A DNA stretch of 60,401 bases, filler included. It is 4 parts of 4 records of this genome, joined end to end, with 100 filler letters (N's around TTAATTAATTAA, not from the genome) between each part and the next. Parts side by side here need not be neighbours in the genome. Positions count along the whole stretch, not along the records: positions 18,228 to 47,386 come from SRR20825019_489; 3 more parts are not named here. The stretch is one strand, 5' to 3'. Below the pieces are notes generated by a model that saw only the letters and a program-made list of their open reading frames with translations, did not search any database and had not been told where the DNA came from. Positions 28,593 to 37,211 of this stretch are shown here, in pieces; position 1 is the first letter of the stretch, and every line of letters begins with the position of its first letter. The position numbers and the translations under genes were made by a program.

Positions 28593-28837
28593 TAGCAATC
28601 AATATGGCCTGTTTGGCCGGTTGGTTGAGAAAGCCACCTCGTCCTCCCCGGGGTGGCTTTACTCGTGCCGGGCTTCACCCGTCAGTGCTTCCATTCTTCG
28701 GTCAGGAAGGTGGTGAAAGCAGACGTTGGATGTTGCCTCATGAAGGATTGATAGCCCAAAGCGCGCAGCGTGTGACAGTAGATTGCCCCCCGCTGTGCGT
28801 CGTGCTCCTATAGTGGTCAACAACAAGCGAGGGCGCT

Positions 28838-29020
28838 ATGGCTGAGATCATCCTGTTTCATTCCGTGTTGGGTTTGTGCACTGCCGAGCGGGGGATTGCG
28901 GAAACGCTTGAGCGTGACGGGCACCGTGTTTTCCTGCCGGACCTGTATGCCGGACGTTATGCGGGTGATTACGATGAAGGTTTTCGCATCCAAGGTGAGA
29001 TTGGGGTGAGAATGGCATGA
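28838..29020 (+). pseudogene. Truncated dienelactone hydrolase-family gene
   Basis: MAEIILFHSVLGL...GHRVFLPDLYAG is the family N-terminus with an RBS; ends after 60 aa, before the nucleophile. Confidence 0.7.
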
Positions 29021-29071
29021 CACCCAGTGAATATCGCCGGAAGGCTATTGATGGCAGTCAAGGCTCCAAAT

Positions 29072-29102
29072 AAAAACCCGCCACAGTATGCGGCGGGTTT
29101 TT
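29072..29102. terminator. Bidirectional terminator
   Basis: AAAAACCCGCC...GGCGGGTTTTT between convergent genes. Confidence 0.8.
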
Positions 29103-29128
29103 GCGTTTTCGTAGTGTGGGCGCGTGGC

Positions 29129-30820
29129 CTATTCTTTCATGTAGATGATATCACCACCCACCACGGTCATCACTGCTTCCCCTTTGGGGATGTCGGCGGC
29201 CGGGGCTGTCATCAGGTCGACGGAGAAAGCCGTCATGTCTGCTTCTTTGCCAACGGTGATGGAGCCGACGCGATCTTCCTGGAAGGACGCGATGGCGGGC
29301 CACAGCGTGAACATCTTGAGCGCGTCAGCGCGGCTCACAGCTTCCTCAGCGTGCCAATTTGGTCCCTGAAAGCCCGCCAGGTCATGCCTGTATGTGGCGG
29401 CATAATATTCAATAAGCGGGTCACCGCGTTCAACCGGCGCGTCCGAGCCGCCTGCCACGATAACGCCGCTGTTGATAAAGCTTTGCCATGCATAAGCACC
29501 CACAAGCCGGTCGTCGCCCAGCCGGGCCGGGGCGAAATGCAAATCGCCAATAGCGTGGCTTGGTTGCATGCTTGGGATGACACCAAGGGCTTTATAGCGC
29601 GGGATATCTTCCGGGTTGACGATCTGTGTGTGTTCGTCGCGCCAACGAGGCTCCGTGATCGCGCGTTCCACGCTCGGGATCTCATCCTGTACTTCCTCAT
29701 ACCAGTCCAGCAGCAGGCGGTTACCCCGGTCACCAATGGCATGTGTGTTGACCTGAATGCCGAGGGAGAGCGCTTGCCTGAGGATTGGCATGGTCTCTTC
29801 TTTCGTGGTCAGCAGCAGGCCAGATGTGGCCGCGTCTGCATAAGGCTCAAGAAGCGCTGCTCCGCGCGAGCCAAGCGCACCATCCATATAAAGTTTGATC
29901 GCGCGGGTGATGATATGCCCATCCGCGCTTTCACGTTTACCACCAATGAAAAGCTTGTCGGCTTCCTCCGGGTTGACCGAGTTATATACCCGAATGCCGA
30001 CATCGCCGGTGCCGGTCAGCATTTCAAGAGCCTCTACCTCACCCCACGACACAGACATATTGTGCATGCCGGTCCAGCCGTAGCGGGCATATACTTCGCT
30101 CGCGACCATCAGTTGCTGGTTGAGGTCAGCGGCAGTTTGTTCGGGCATCAGGGGTGCGATGAGGTTCATGGCAGCATCAATGAGCATACCGGTAGGTTCA
30201 CCCAGCGCATTTTTTAGAATTTCGCCGCCAAAGGGTGCTTCGGTCGTCTCGTCAATGCCCGCCACCTCAAGCGCTTTGGAATTGGCAACCAGCGCGTGGC
30301 CATCGGCGCGGCGCAGCACAACGGGTACATCAGGCAGGATAGCATCAATGTCCCAGCGTGTTGGGAAGCGGGCTTCGGGCCAATGTGTTTCGATCCAGCC
30401 CCGGCCAAAAAGAACTGGTGCGTTGTGTGTTGTAGCCCATTCGCCCACGGTTTTCTGAAGTGCCTTGATGGACGGTATGCCCTCAAGGTTCAGGGTCAGC
30501 TCTCGCGAGCCAATGCCGGACATATGAGCATGAGCATCGGTGAAGCCGGGGAAAAGTGCTGCGCCGTCAAGCGAAAGCACAGTTGTATCTTGCCCGACAA
30601 GCGCTTCGGCACCCGCCCGTGCGCCAACAAAGATAAATTTGCCATCCTTAACCGCCACGGCTTCCGCCTGCGGGCGGCTATCATCTGCCGTGTAGATCGG
30701 GCCACCCCAGATCACGAGGTCTGCTGTATTGGAAGTTGGGTCCGTGAGTATTGTGTCTTGCGCAGCAAAGCTTGTTGCAGCGAACACCGTCACAGCCATC
30801 ATCATGATTATGTGGCGCAT
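29129..30820 (-). CDS. Secreted amidohydrolase (YtcJ/Amidohydro_3-like)
   Basis: PGFTDAHAH, KLYMDGALGSRGA, HAIGD, EHTQ, GSDAP. Confidence 0.92.
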   Translation of the reverse strand: MRHIIMMMAVTVFAATSFAAQDTILTDPTSNTADLVIWGGPIYTADDSRPQAEAVAVKDGKFIFVGARAGAEALVGQDTTVLSLDGAALFPGFTDAHAHMSGIGSRELTLNLEGIPSIKALQKTVGEWATTHNAPVLFGRGWIETHWPEARFPTRWDIDAILPDVPVVLRRADGHALVANSKALEVAGIDETTEAPFGGEILKNALGEPTGMLIDAAMNLIAPLMPEQTAADLNQQLMVASEVYARYGWTGMHNMSVSWGEVEALEMLTGTGDVGIRVYNSVNPEEADKLFIGGKRESADGHIITRAIKLYMDGALGSRGAALLEPYADAATSGLLLTTKEETMPILRQALSLGIQVNTHAIGDRGNRLLLDWYEEVQDEIPSVERAITEPRWRDEHTQIVNPEDIPRYKALGVIPSMQPSHAIGDLHFAPARLGDDRLVGAYAWQSFINSGVIVAGGSDAPVERGDPLIEYYAATYRHDLAGFQGPNWHAEEAVSRADALKMFTLWPAIASFQEDRVGSITVGKEADMTAFSVDLMTAPAADIPKGEAVMTVVGGDIIYMKE

Positions 30821-30953
30821 TGATTTTCTCCCCTAATGAGCGCCCCATGCTATGACTTCAAAAAGGCCTGTCAAGCGATAGACTTGCGCAACTGAGTGTG
30901 GCTGAGGCACAATGAGGCAGACGCCCGTTGTTGAGGCTAGGGAAAGTGTTGTC

Positions 30954-32306
30954 ATGCGTGGTGCGATTGTCGCCCTTCTGTTGTTTATGTGGATGCCCAT
31001 TGTCATCTTCAAACCCTTTATCGGGATTTTGTTGTGGGACTGGATTTCACACATGAACCCGCACAAGCAGACCTATGGGTTTGCAATGTTCTTCCCGTTC
31101 CTTGATTTTGTTGCCGCGCTGACGATTGGCGGGCTGTTGATCAGTAAAGATAAAAAAAGCCTGCCGGCACACCCCATTGTGGCAATCATTCTGATCTATT
31201 TTATATGGGTGACCTTCACCACTATCGTAGGGTTTGAGCCGGGCTATTCCTTTGAAAAATACACCTATGTGTTCAAGGTGTTGTTGTTCGCGTTCGTAGC
31301 CATGATGGTGATGCAATCGCCGAACCGGCTCCGGGCCTTTGTTTTTGTGATGGCAGCCTCTCTCGCCTACATCGGCGTCAAGGGTGGGCTTTTTACCATC
31401 TTGACCGGGGGTAGCGGCCGGGTGCAGGGCGCGGGCGGCATGATGGATGACAACAATCAGCTTGCCATGGCGATGGCCATGCTGTTGCCGCTGTCCATGT
31501 ATTTTGTGCAGCATCCGCCGTTGAAGATTTTGAAGTGGCCATTTGCAGGCGCGACCTTCGCGATCATGCTGTCGATCGTGGGTACGCAGTCCAGAGGCGG
31601 GTTTGTAGCCCTTGCGGCGGTGATGGGCATGTTGCTGCTACAAAGCAAACATAAGTTCAAGCTGATCGCAGTACTTGTGCCGCTTGTTATTGGCGGCCTC
31701 TATTTCATGCCGGACAGCTGGAAAAACCGGATGCAGAGTACGGAGAATGCAACGGAGGATTCAAGCTTCCGAGGCAGGGTGGTGATGTGGCGGTTCTCGT
31801 CAAACGTGGCAGACGACAACCCTATTGAGGGAGGTGGGTATAATGTCTTCTATGTTCGCCGTGCGCAGGAACTTTACATGCCGCCCGGGGAAATCCCGCG
31901 AGCACCACACTCTGCTTATTTTGAGGTGCTGGCCGAGCACGGCTATACCGGGCTTCTCCTGTATCTCTCGATGCTATTGACGGGCTGGTACGCTGGTGGT
32001 TCGGCGGCCAAAAAATTCAGGAAACACGAAGAGACCAAATGGATTGGGGATTTGTGCGCAGCCATCCAGCTTGGGTTGGTGGGGTATGCTGTTGGCGGTT
32101 TGACTGTGAATATTGCCACGTTTGACCTGTTCTATCATTATCTTGCTGTGATTGTGATGTGCTCAAACGTAGGCGATGAAATCCTCGCGCGGCAAACCTT
32201 CAGGGTAGCTGATGACGGGAAAAAAATTATCGCCGCAGGCCCGAAAAAATGGTCGCCGCACGGGTCAGGCTCGAAAGCGGCACGGCAGAAAACCAGCCCG
32301 ACTTAA
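30954..32306 (+). CDS. O-antigen ligase/Wzy-like protein (exosortase-system-associated type)
   Basis: Multi-TM; DNNQLA, TQSRGG, PHSAYFEVLAEHG motifs. Confidence 0.85.
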   Translation: MRGAIVALLLFMWMPIVIFKPFIGILLWDWISHMNPHKQTYGFAMFFPFLDFVAALTIGGLLISKDKKSLPAHPIVAIILIYFIWVTFTTIVGFEPGYSFEKYTYVFKVLLFAFVAMMVMQSPNRLRAFVFVMAASLAYIGVKGGLFTILTGGSGRVQGAGGMMDDNNQLAMAMAMLLPLSMYFVQHPPLKILKWPFAGATFAIMLSIVGTQSRGGFVALAAVMGMLLLQSKHKFKLIAVLVPLVIGGLYFMPDSWKNRMQSTENATEDSSFRGRVVMWRFSSNVADDNPIEGGGYNVFYVRRAQELYMPPGEIPRAPHSAYFEVLAEHGYTGLLLYLSMLLTGWYAGGSAAKKFRKHEETKWIGDLCAAIQLGLVGYAVGGLTVNIATFDLFYHYLAVIVMCSNVGDEILARQTFRVADDGKKIIAAGPKKWSPHGSGSKAARQKTSPT

Positions 32307-32315
32307 GATGCCGAT

Positions 32316-32684
32316 TTACGGGGTGTCGTCGCTTGGCGCACCAGCCTGTTTTGCCGCAGCTTCATTTTCCTGCATGCGGGTGATGGCGCTTTCTCCCGCC
32401 TCAGTACGCCGACGAAGGAAGGCGACCAAAAGCCCGACAACCGCACCCGCGGCGATGACAGCTGCGAACAGGATGAAGAACCCAAGAACCCAGGCCGCCA
32501 GGCTATAGAGGGATTCGCACCCATTCTCGCATATGGCTGTGGTCGGGTCCCCGATCCAGAGGCGGAAGGCAGCATAAGCCGCAAGCATCACGGCAATAAG
32601 CCCGAATATGTTGCGGGTGCTCAGAAGCGCGGTCTTTTTAGCGCGCTGCCGCTGGCGTTTATGAATGAAAAGGTTCTCTGACAT
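32316..32684 (-). CDS. Hypothetical 2-TM membrane protein downstream of pspF
   Basis: Basic N-terminus, TM-CENGC-TM; start uncertain. Confidence 0.65.
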   Translation of the reverse strand: MSENLFIHKRQRQRAKKTALLSTRNIFGLIAVMLAAYAAFRLWIGDPTTAICENGCESLYSLAAWVLGFFILFAAVIAAGAVVGLLVAFLRRRTEAGESAITRMQENEAAAKQAGAPSDDTP

Positions 32685-32738
32685 GGCCGCACTATGACGC
32701 CAGCGCGAAGCCGTGGTCAAGTGAAGATCGTATGGTGG

Positions 32739-33779
32739 TTACAACAGATCGTGCTTCTTCAGCGCGTGCCTCAGCTGGTCATAACTCAGGTTCAGTTGTC
32801 TGGCAGCAACGCGTTGGTTGAAGCGTGCTTCTTCCAGTGCATGGGCGAGCAGCTTCTTCTCATAAGCTGTCACGGTTTCCTTAAAGCAGAATGGGCCATT
32901 GGGTAGGGCGGGCTTCTCTGTGTCAGCCTTCGTGTTGGCTGGTGGTGCAGCAGGGTTGGGCGCTGCCTGTGGTGCCATGCGGTTGCGTTTGGCCGGGGGG
33001 CGGAAGGGGCTGTCAAACGGGTCAAACACGATATCGCAGATCGCCTTTTCACCGTCCCACGCACGATAGATGGCGCGCTCCACCACATTCTTGAGCTCCC
33101 GCACATTGCCGGGCCAGCGATGGCTCATCATCTCGTCTTCTGCCTTGTCGCTAAAACCGGGGAAGACAAGCCACTCAAGCTCGCGGGCCATGTTGCGGCC
33201 GAAATGTTCCGCCAGCACCATGATATCTTCAGGACGCTCACGAAGCGGGGGCACGGTGATGACGTCAAACGCCAGCCGGTCGAGAAGGTCATGCCGAAAC
33301 TCGCCCGCGTCAGCTGCGGCGGGTAGGTCGATGTTGGTGGCTCCCACCACGCGCACGTCCACCTCAATCGTCTCATTACCGCCCACGCGTTCAAATTCAC
33401 CATATTCGATCACCCGCAGGAGCTTCTCTTGGGCTGACATGCTCATGGTGCCAATCTCGTCAAGGAACAGGCTGCCCTGGTCGGCGGCTTCAAACCGGCC
33501 TGCGCGTCGGTTGCGGGCGCCGGTGAACGCGCCGGGCTCATACCCGAACAGTTCGCTCTCAAGCAGGGTTTCTGCGAGTGCTGCGCAGTTCATTTTCTGA
33601 AACGGCTTATTCCAGCGGTTCGAAAGATAGTGCAGTCGTGCCGCGATAAGCTCTTTACCTGTGCCCCGTTCTCCAATCACCAGAAGCGGTCGATCGAGGG
33701 GGGCCGCGCGGCTGATGCGGTCCATCAAATCGAGGAACGCGGGGGAGCTGCCAATAATCTGATCTTGTCGTATTTCCAT
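32739..33779 (-). CDS. pspF: Phage shock sigma54 activator
   Basis: AAA+ without an N-terminal regulatory domain, GERGTGKE, GAFTGA, Fis HTH; divergent from pspA. Confidence 0.96.
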   Translation of the reverse strand: MEIRQDQIIGSSPAFLDLMDRISRAAPLDRPLLVIGERGTGKELIAARLHYLSNRWNKPFQKMNCAALAETLLESELFGYEPGAFTGARNRRAGRFEAADQGSLFLDEIGTMSMSAQEKLLRVIEYGEFERVGGNETIEVDVRVVGATNIDLPAAADAGEFRHDLLDRLAFDVITVPPLRERPEDIMVLAEHFGRNMARELEWLVFPGFSDKAEDEMMSHRWPGNVRELKNVVERAIYRAWDGEKAICDIVFDPFDSPFRPPAKRNRMAPQAAPNPAAPPANTKADTEKPALPNGPFCFKETVTAYEKKLLAHALEEARFNQRVAARQLNLSYDQLRHALKKHDLL

Positions 33780-33790
33780 GATACTGAATA

Positions 33791-33827
33791 TTAGTATTAT
33801 TCACTAACTATTGGCAATTATAATCAA
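33791..33827. promoter_or_regulatory. Two PspF upstream activator sites
   Basis: TTAGT-N7-ACTAA (33791-33807) and TTGGC-N7-ATCAA (33811-33827). Confidence 0.7.
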
Positions 33828-33871
33828 CGTGAATAACGAATATATAGCGCCTCAAGAAAATTATCTTTTAA

Positions 33872-33884
33872 AATCAATATGTTA
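33872..33884 (+). promoter_or_regulatory. IHF site
   Basis: AATCAATATGTTA matches WATCAANNNNTTR, between the UAS and the sigma54 promoter. Confidence 0.75.
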
Positions 33885-33900
33885 ATTTTTCCTCAAAAAC

Positions 33901-33916
33901 TGGCACGCACCCTGCA
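33901..33916 (+). promoter_or_regulatory. Sigma54 -24/-12 promoter of the psp operon
   Basis: TGGCAC-GCACC-CTGCA. Confidence 0.85.
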
Positions 33917-34001
33917 AATATTGGTTCGTCAGCGAGAGATACACAAAAAGACTGACACAAAAAAACAACGAAGACAGCGAACGGAATTAGAGGACAAGAC
34001 G

Positions 34002-34172
34002 ATGAACAAGATGTTGCAACTAAGCTCAGCCCTTTCAGCCATGAACGAAACAAGCGCAGAGCTTGATGGTTTGATTGCCGGTTTTGGCCTGATCCGCCAG
34101 TCGGAAGGCCGCAACCAGAGCGCAGAGCGCCGGGTTCGCCGCATTGAGCGTCGTCGTCGCCGTCTGCACTAA
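34002..34172 (+). CDS. Small Arg-rich protein, first gene of the psp transcript
   Basis: AGAGGA RBS, 56 aa, ends RRVRRIERRRRRLH. Confidence 0.6.
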   Translation: MNKMLQLSSALSAMNETSAELDGLIAGFGLIRQSEGRNQSAERRVRRIERRRRRLH

Positions 34173-34345
34173 TTCCAACGCCTAACCCGGCGTCTGCGAG
34201 GGGACGCCGGGTCAGCGACTAAAAGAGGCCATATAAAAAGTGGCCCAGGTTGCTCCCGAAGCATAATTCGGGGAGGAAGTCCCAAAAAATGGCCGCGAAA
34301 GCCACCCGGGACACGTAAGCGAGGACTTAAGAAAGGACAATAAAA

Positions 34346-35056
34346 ATGGGTATTTTTTCCCGCCTGACCGACATCATCAACTCCAATATCAATGCCATTC
34401 TCGACAAAGCCGAGGATCCTGAAAAAATCATCCGCATGGTCATCCAGGAAATGGAAGACACTCTTGTGGAGGTTCGCTCCTCTGCTGCGAAAACAATCGC
34501 AGACCAGAAAGATCTTGAGCGCCGTATCAAGAAGGTTGAGAAGGCACAGGCCGAATGGGAGAAGAAAGCTGAGCTTGCTATCTCCAAAGGTCGGGACGAC
34601 CTCGCCAAAGGCGCACTGGTTGAAAAAGCCAAGGTGGCCGACATGGAAGTGCACCTCAAGGAAGAGCTCAAGCTTCTCTCTGACGCACTGACACGGAACG
34701 AGGAAGATGTCATCAAGCTTGATGCCAAACTGCGCGAAGCGCGGGCGAAGAAAGCCAGTATGCAGGCGCGGCACAAGTCGGCAACCAATCAGGTTCGGGT
34801 TCGCAAGAACCTCTATGACAACCGCATCCAGGACGCGTTCGACCGCTTTGATAAAGTAGACGCACGTCTTGACCGCCTTGAAGGTGAAGCTGAAGCCATG
34901 ACCATCGGTCGCGGTGAAAACCTTGAAGATCAGTTCCGCGCACTTGAAGCGGACGATGATATCGAGAAAGAGCTTGCTGCCCTTAAGGCTAAATCAAGCG
35001 GTGGCGCTGAAAAGCCAGCTGCAAAGGCTCCTGCAAAAAAATCGGCGTCGAAATAA
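34346..35056 (+). CDS. pspA: Phage shock protein A
   Basis: MGIFSRLTDIINSNINAILDKAEDPEK, coiled coil. Confidence 0.97.
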   Translation: MGIFSRLTDIINSNINAILDKAEDPEKIIRMVIQEMEDTLVEVRSSAAKTIADQKDLERRIKKVEKAQAEWEKKAELAISKGRDDLAKGALVEKAKVADMEVHLKEELKLLSDALTRNEEDVIKLDAKLREARAKKASMQARHKSATNQVRVRKNLYDNRIQDAFDRFDKVDARLDRLEGEAEAMTIGRGENLEDQFRALEADDDIEKELAALKAKSSGGAEKPAAKAPAKKSASK

Positions 35057-35097
35057 TCGGCGCCCACCCACAATAAGAAAAAGAGGAAGGGTCAACA

Positions 35098-35325
35098 ATG
35101 GAAGTCATACCAATATTACTGTTGGTGATCGTGGCGCCGCTTTGGATCATTTTCCACTACATCACAAAGTGGAAGCAAATGAAGGGCATCACCGCAGAAG
35201 ATGAAGCGTCACTGGGTGATTTGCGTACCGCCGCCGACAGGTTAGAGGACCGGTTGCGCACCATGGAACGCATCATGGACGATGAAGTACCAGACTGGAG
35301 GAGCCGTCATCATGACAAGTTATAA
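35098..35325 (+). CDS. pspB: Phage shock protein B
   Basis: IVAPLWIIFHY TM, LERIMD-like motif, PDWR. Confidence 0.95.
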   Translation: MEVIPILLLVIVAPLWIIFHYITKWKQMKGITAEDEASLGDLRTAADRLEDRLRTMERIMDDEVPDWRSRHHDKL

Positions 35326-35704
35326 CAGCCGCCCCACCAAACTTTATAAAATCCCCGAAGAAGGGCGTTTCATGGGGGTATGTGCCGGGATTGCAGATTA
35401 TCTCGGTGTCAAGGTTGGTCTTGTCAGGTTTCTTACCATCGTAGGGGCAATTTTCACCGGTTTCTGGCTCTTCATCATTGGGTATTTTGTGCTTGGTATG
35501 GCGCTGGACCCCCGCCCTGAAGGCCTCTATAGCGACGATAAAGAAGAGGAATTTTGGCGCCAGACACGGAAGAGCCCGGACTATACAGCAGCAGAGCTGC
35601 GCCGTCGCTTCCGGGATATCGAGCGCCGTACCGCCGACATGGAAACTTACATGACCAGTAAACGGTTCCGGCTTGAGCGGGAGCTTCGGGCGCTGGAAGA
35701 CTAG
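35312..35704 (+). CDS. pspC: Phage shock protein C
   Basis: GVCAGIADYLG PspC motif; ETYMTSKRFRLEREL C-terminus. Confidence 0.95.
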   Translation: MTSYNSRPTKLYKIPEEGRFMGVCAGIADYLGVKVGLVRFLTIVGAIFTGFWLFIIGYFVLGMALDPRPEGLYSDDKEEEFWRQTRKSPDYTAAELRRRFRDIERRTADMETYMTSKRFRLERELRALED

Positions 35705-35791
35705 ACCGGACCCGGACCGGACCAGAATCGGACCAGAATCGGACAGGACTTAGACACTCACTTTCCCATCCTCTCCAGGACGTGAAAGCAC

Positions 35792-35820
35792 AGGGCGGGA
35801 TTTTCCCGCCCTTTTTTTTT
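35792..35820 (+). terminator. psp operon terminator
   Basis: AGGGCGGGA-TTT-TCCCGCCCT followed by a T-run. Confidence 0.9.
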
Positions 35821-35895
35821 GAATGTTGTTCGTTGCTTGAAGAGTATTGCCCCACTAGAATGCATCGGTATTCAACAGGGCGAGTGCATGAGTGT

Positions 35896-36450
35896 ATGAT
35901 CCAAGCTATTCAGGATAATAAGATTTTCCGCACTGTCTATGCGGTATGGGATGAACTAAGGGACGACGGCCAGGTTATGCCGACCCGCGACGGTTTTAAC
36001 CCCATGGCACTTGGGGCGATGCTACCCAACATTGTGCTGGTTGAGCGGGTAGACCGCGCGCACTATGAGTACCGCGTCATGGGCACGGCAGTAAGCGCCC
36101 GTCAGCAGGAAAACCCTGTTGGCTTCAACATGCTTGAATATTTTGTGCCCGAGGTACGTGAGTTTCTGGCTGACTGGTTCGAAGCCATGACCTTCTATGG
36201 GTGTGGCACCATCACTAGCATGGATCTAGTCTATAATAACGAGGCTGACAGGGGTGCCCAAGTGTTGGGTTTACCGCTTCGCGGGAAGGGCGGAGAAGGC
36301 CACTATTATCTGTTTGGCAACCACGCCTGGGGCGAAAAACATCCTGACGAGCTTGGCGGGCTCATCAGCGCTGGCGCAAATCATCTGGAATGTATCGGGG
36401 TGGACATTGGTAAAGGCTTGCCAGACCTCCCTGTTCAGCCAGTACGTTAG
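35896..36450 (+). CDS. Stand-alone PAS-domain protein (PAS_5-like)
   Basis: W..LR....MPTR..F.P......LPNIVLVE, YRVMGT, LPL. Confidence 0.8.
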   Translation: MIQAIQDNKIFRTVYAVWDELRDDGQVMPTRDGFNPMALGAMLPNIVLVERVDRAHYEYRVMGTAVSARQQENPVGFNMLEYFVPEVREFLADWFEAMTFYGCGTITSMDLVYNNEADRGAQVLGLPLRGKGGEGHYYLFGNHAWGEKHPDELGGLISAGANHLECIGVDIGKGLPDLPVQPVR

Positions 36451-36586
36451 CTGACGATTGACCGGATATCCTTGAATAGTGGGAGGCGAGCGAAGGTCTC
36501 TGCGCTCCTGTTTATTGCGGCTTCTGCTTTAAGTTTTCCTTAAATCACCTCTGATTATGATACTCTGGGGCCTGATAGGAGATGCC

Positions 36587-37141
36587 ATGAAGCCTTTGAG
36601 CGGAAAATTTATTCCCTTCTTCGATGTTTGGGTCGCTTTTCGGGCGCCCGGAGAAGTGGTGCCGCTCTGGAAGAATGTCAGGCCGATGAAGTTTGGCGAC
36701 CTTCTTGCCAATGTCACCATGGTGAAGAAATACGGTCCGCGTGATTATCGGTACCGACTGCTGGGTTCCGAGGTTAACCTCAAGATGGGTGACGATCCCG
36801 TCGGCGAAGATTTTTTCAAATATCTGCCAAAGCACCTTCACGACTATGCCAACACATGGTTGGATAATATTATCGCCCAGCCTTGCGCCGCCTGGCATAA
36901 AATGAGCCTCGAGTTCGCGCGCGATAGCTCTCACCATTATGAAAGCCTTAATCTGCCGATCAGGGGTGGGGATGGTAAAATCGATACCTTCCTTTATTAC
37001 AACAAGGGATGGCAGCCGCAGGCAGGTGAGAATCTTGGCCCGCTTGTCAGCTCTGGCGCACAGTTTTTTACCATTGTCCCCGTAGATATAGGCGCCGGTA
37101 TACCGGACGCGGTGCCCCAGCTAAAATCAGCCCACTTATAG
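36587..37141 (+). CDS. Stand-alone PAS-domain protein (PAS_5-like), paralog
   Basis: AGGAG RBS; YRYRLLGSEV, LNLPI; C-terminus similar to the upstream gene (VDIG.G.PD). Confidence 0.8.
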   Translation: MKPLSGKFIPFFDVWVAFRAPGEVVPLWKNVRPMKFGDLLANVTMVKKYGPRDYRYRLLGSEVNLKMGDDPVGEDFFKYLPKHLHDYANTWLDNIIAQPCAAWHKMSLEFARDSSHHYESLNLPIRGGDGKIDTFLYYNKGWQPQAGENLGPLVSSGAQFFTIVPVDIGAGIPDAVPQLKSAHL

Positions 37142-37211
37142 CGCACGACGCCAATAAAAACCCCGAGGTACATGGTCCCGGGGTTTGTGTTGCGCTACCT
37201 ATCTGGTGTTT

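Noticed and set aside
29027-30217. 396-aa plus-strand ORF
   Set aside because: Antisense shadow of the amidohydrolase in GC-rich DNA; no motifs
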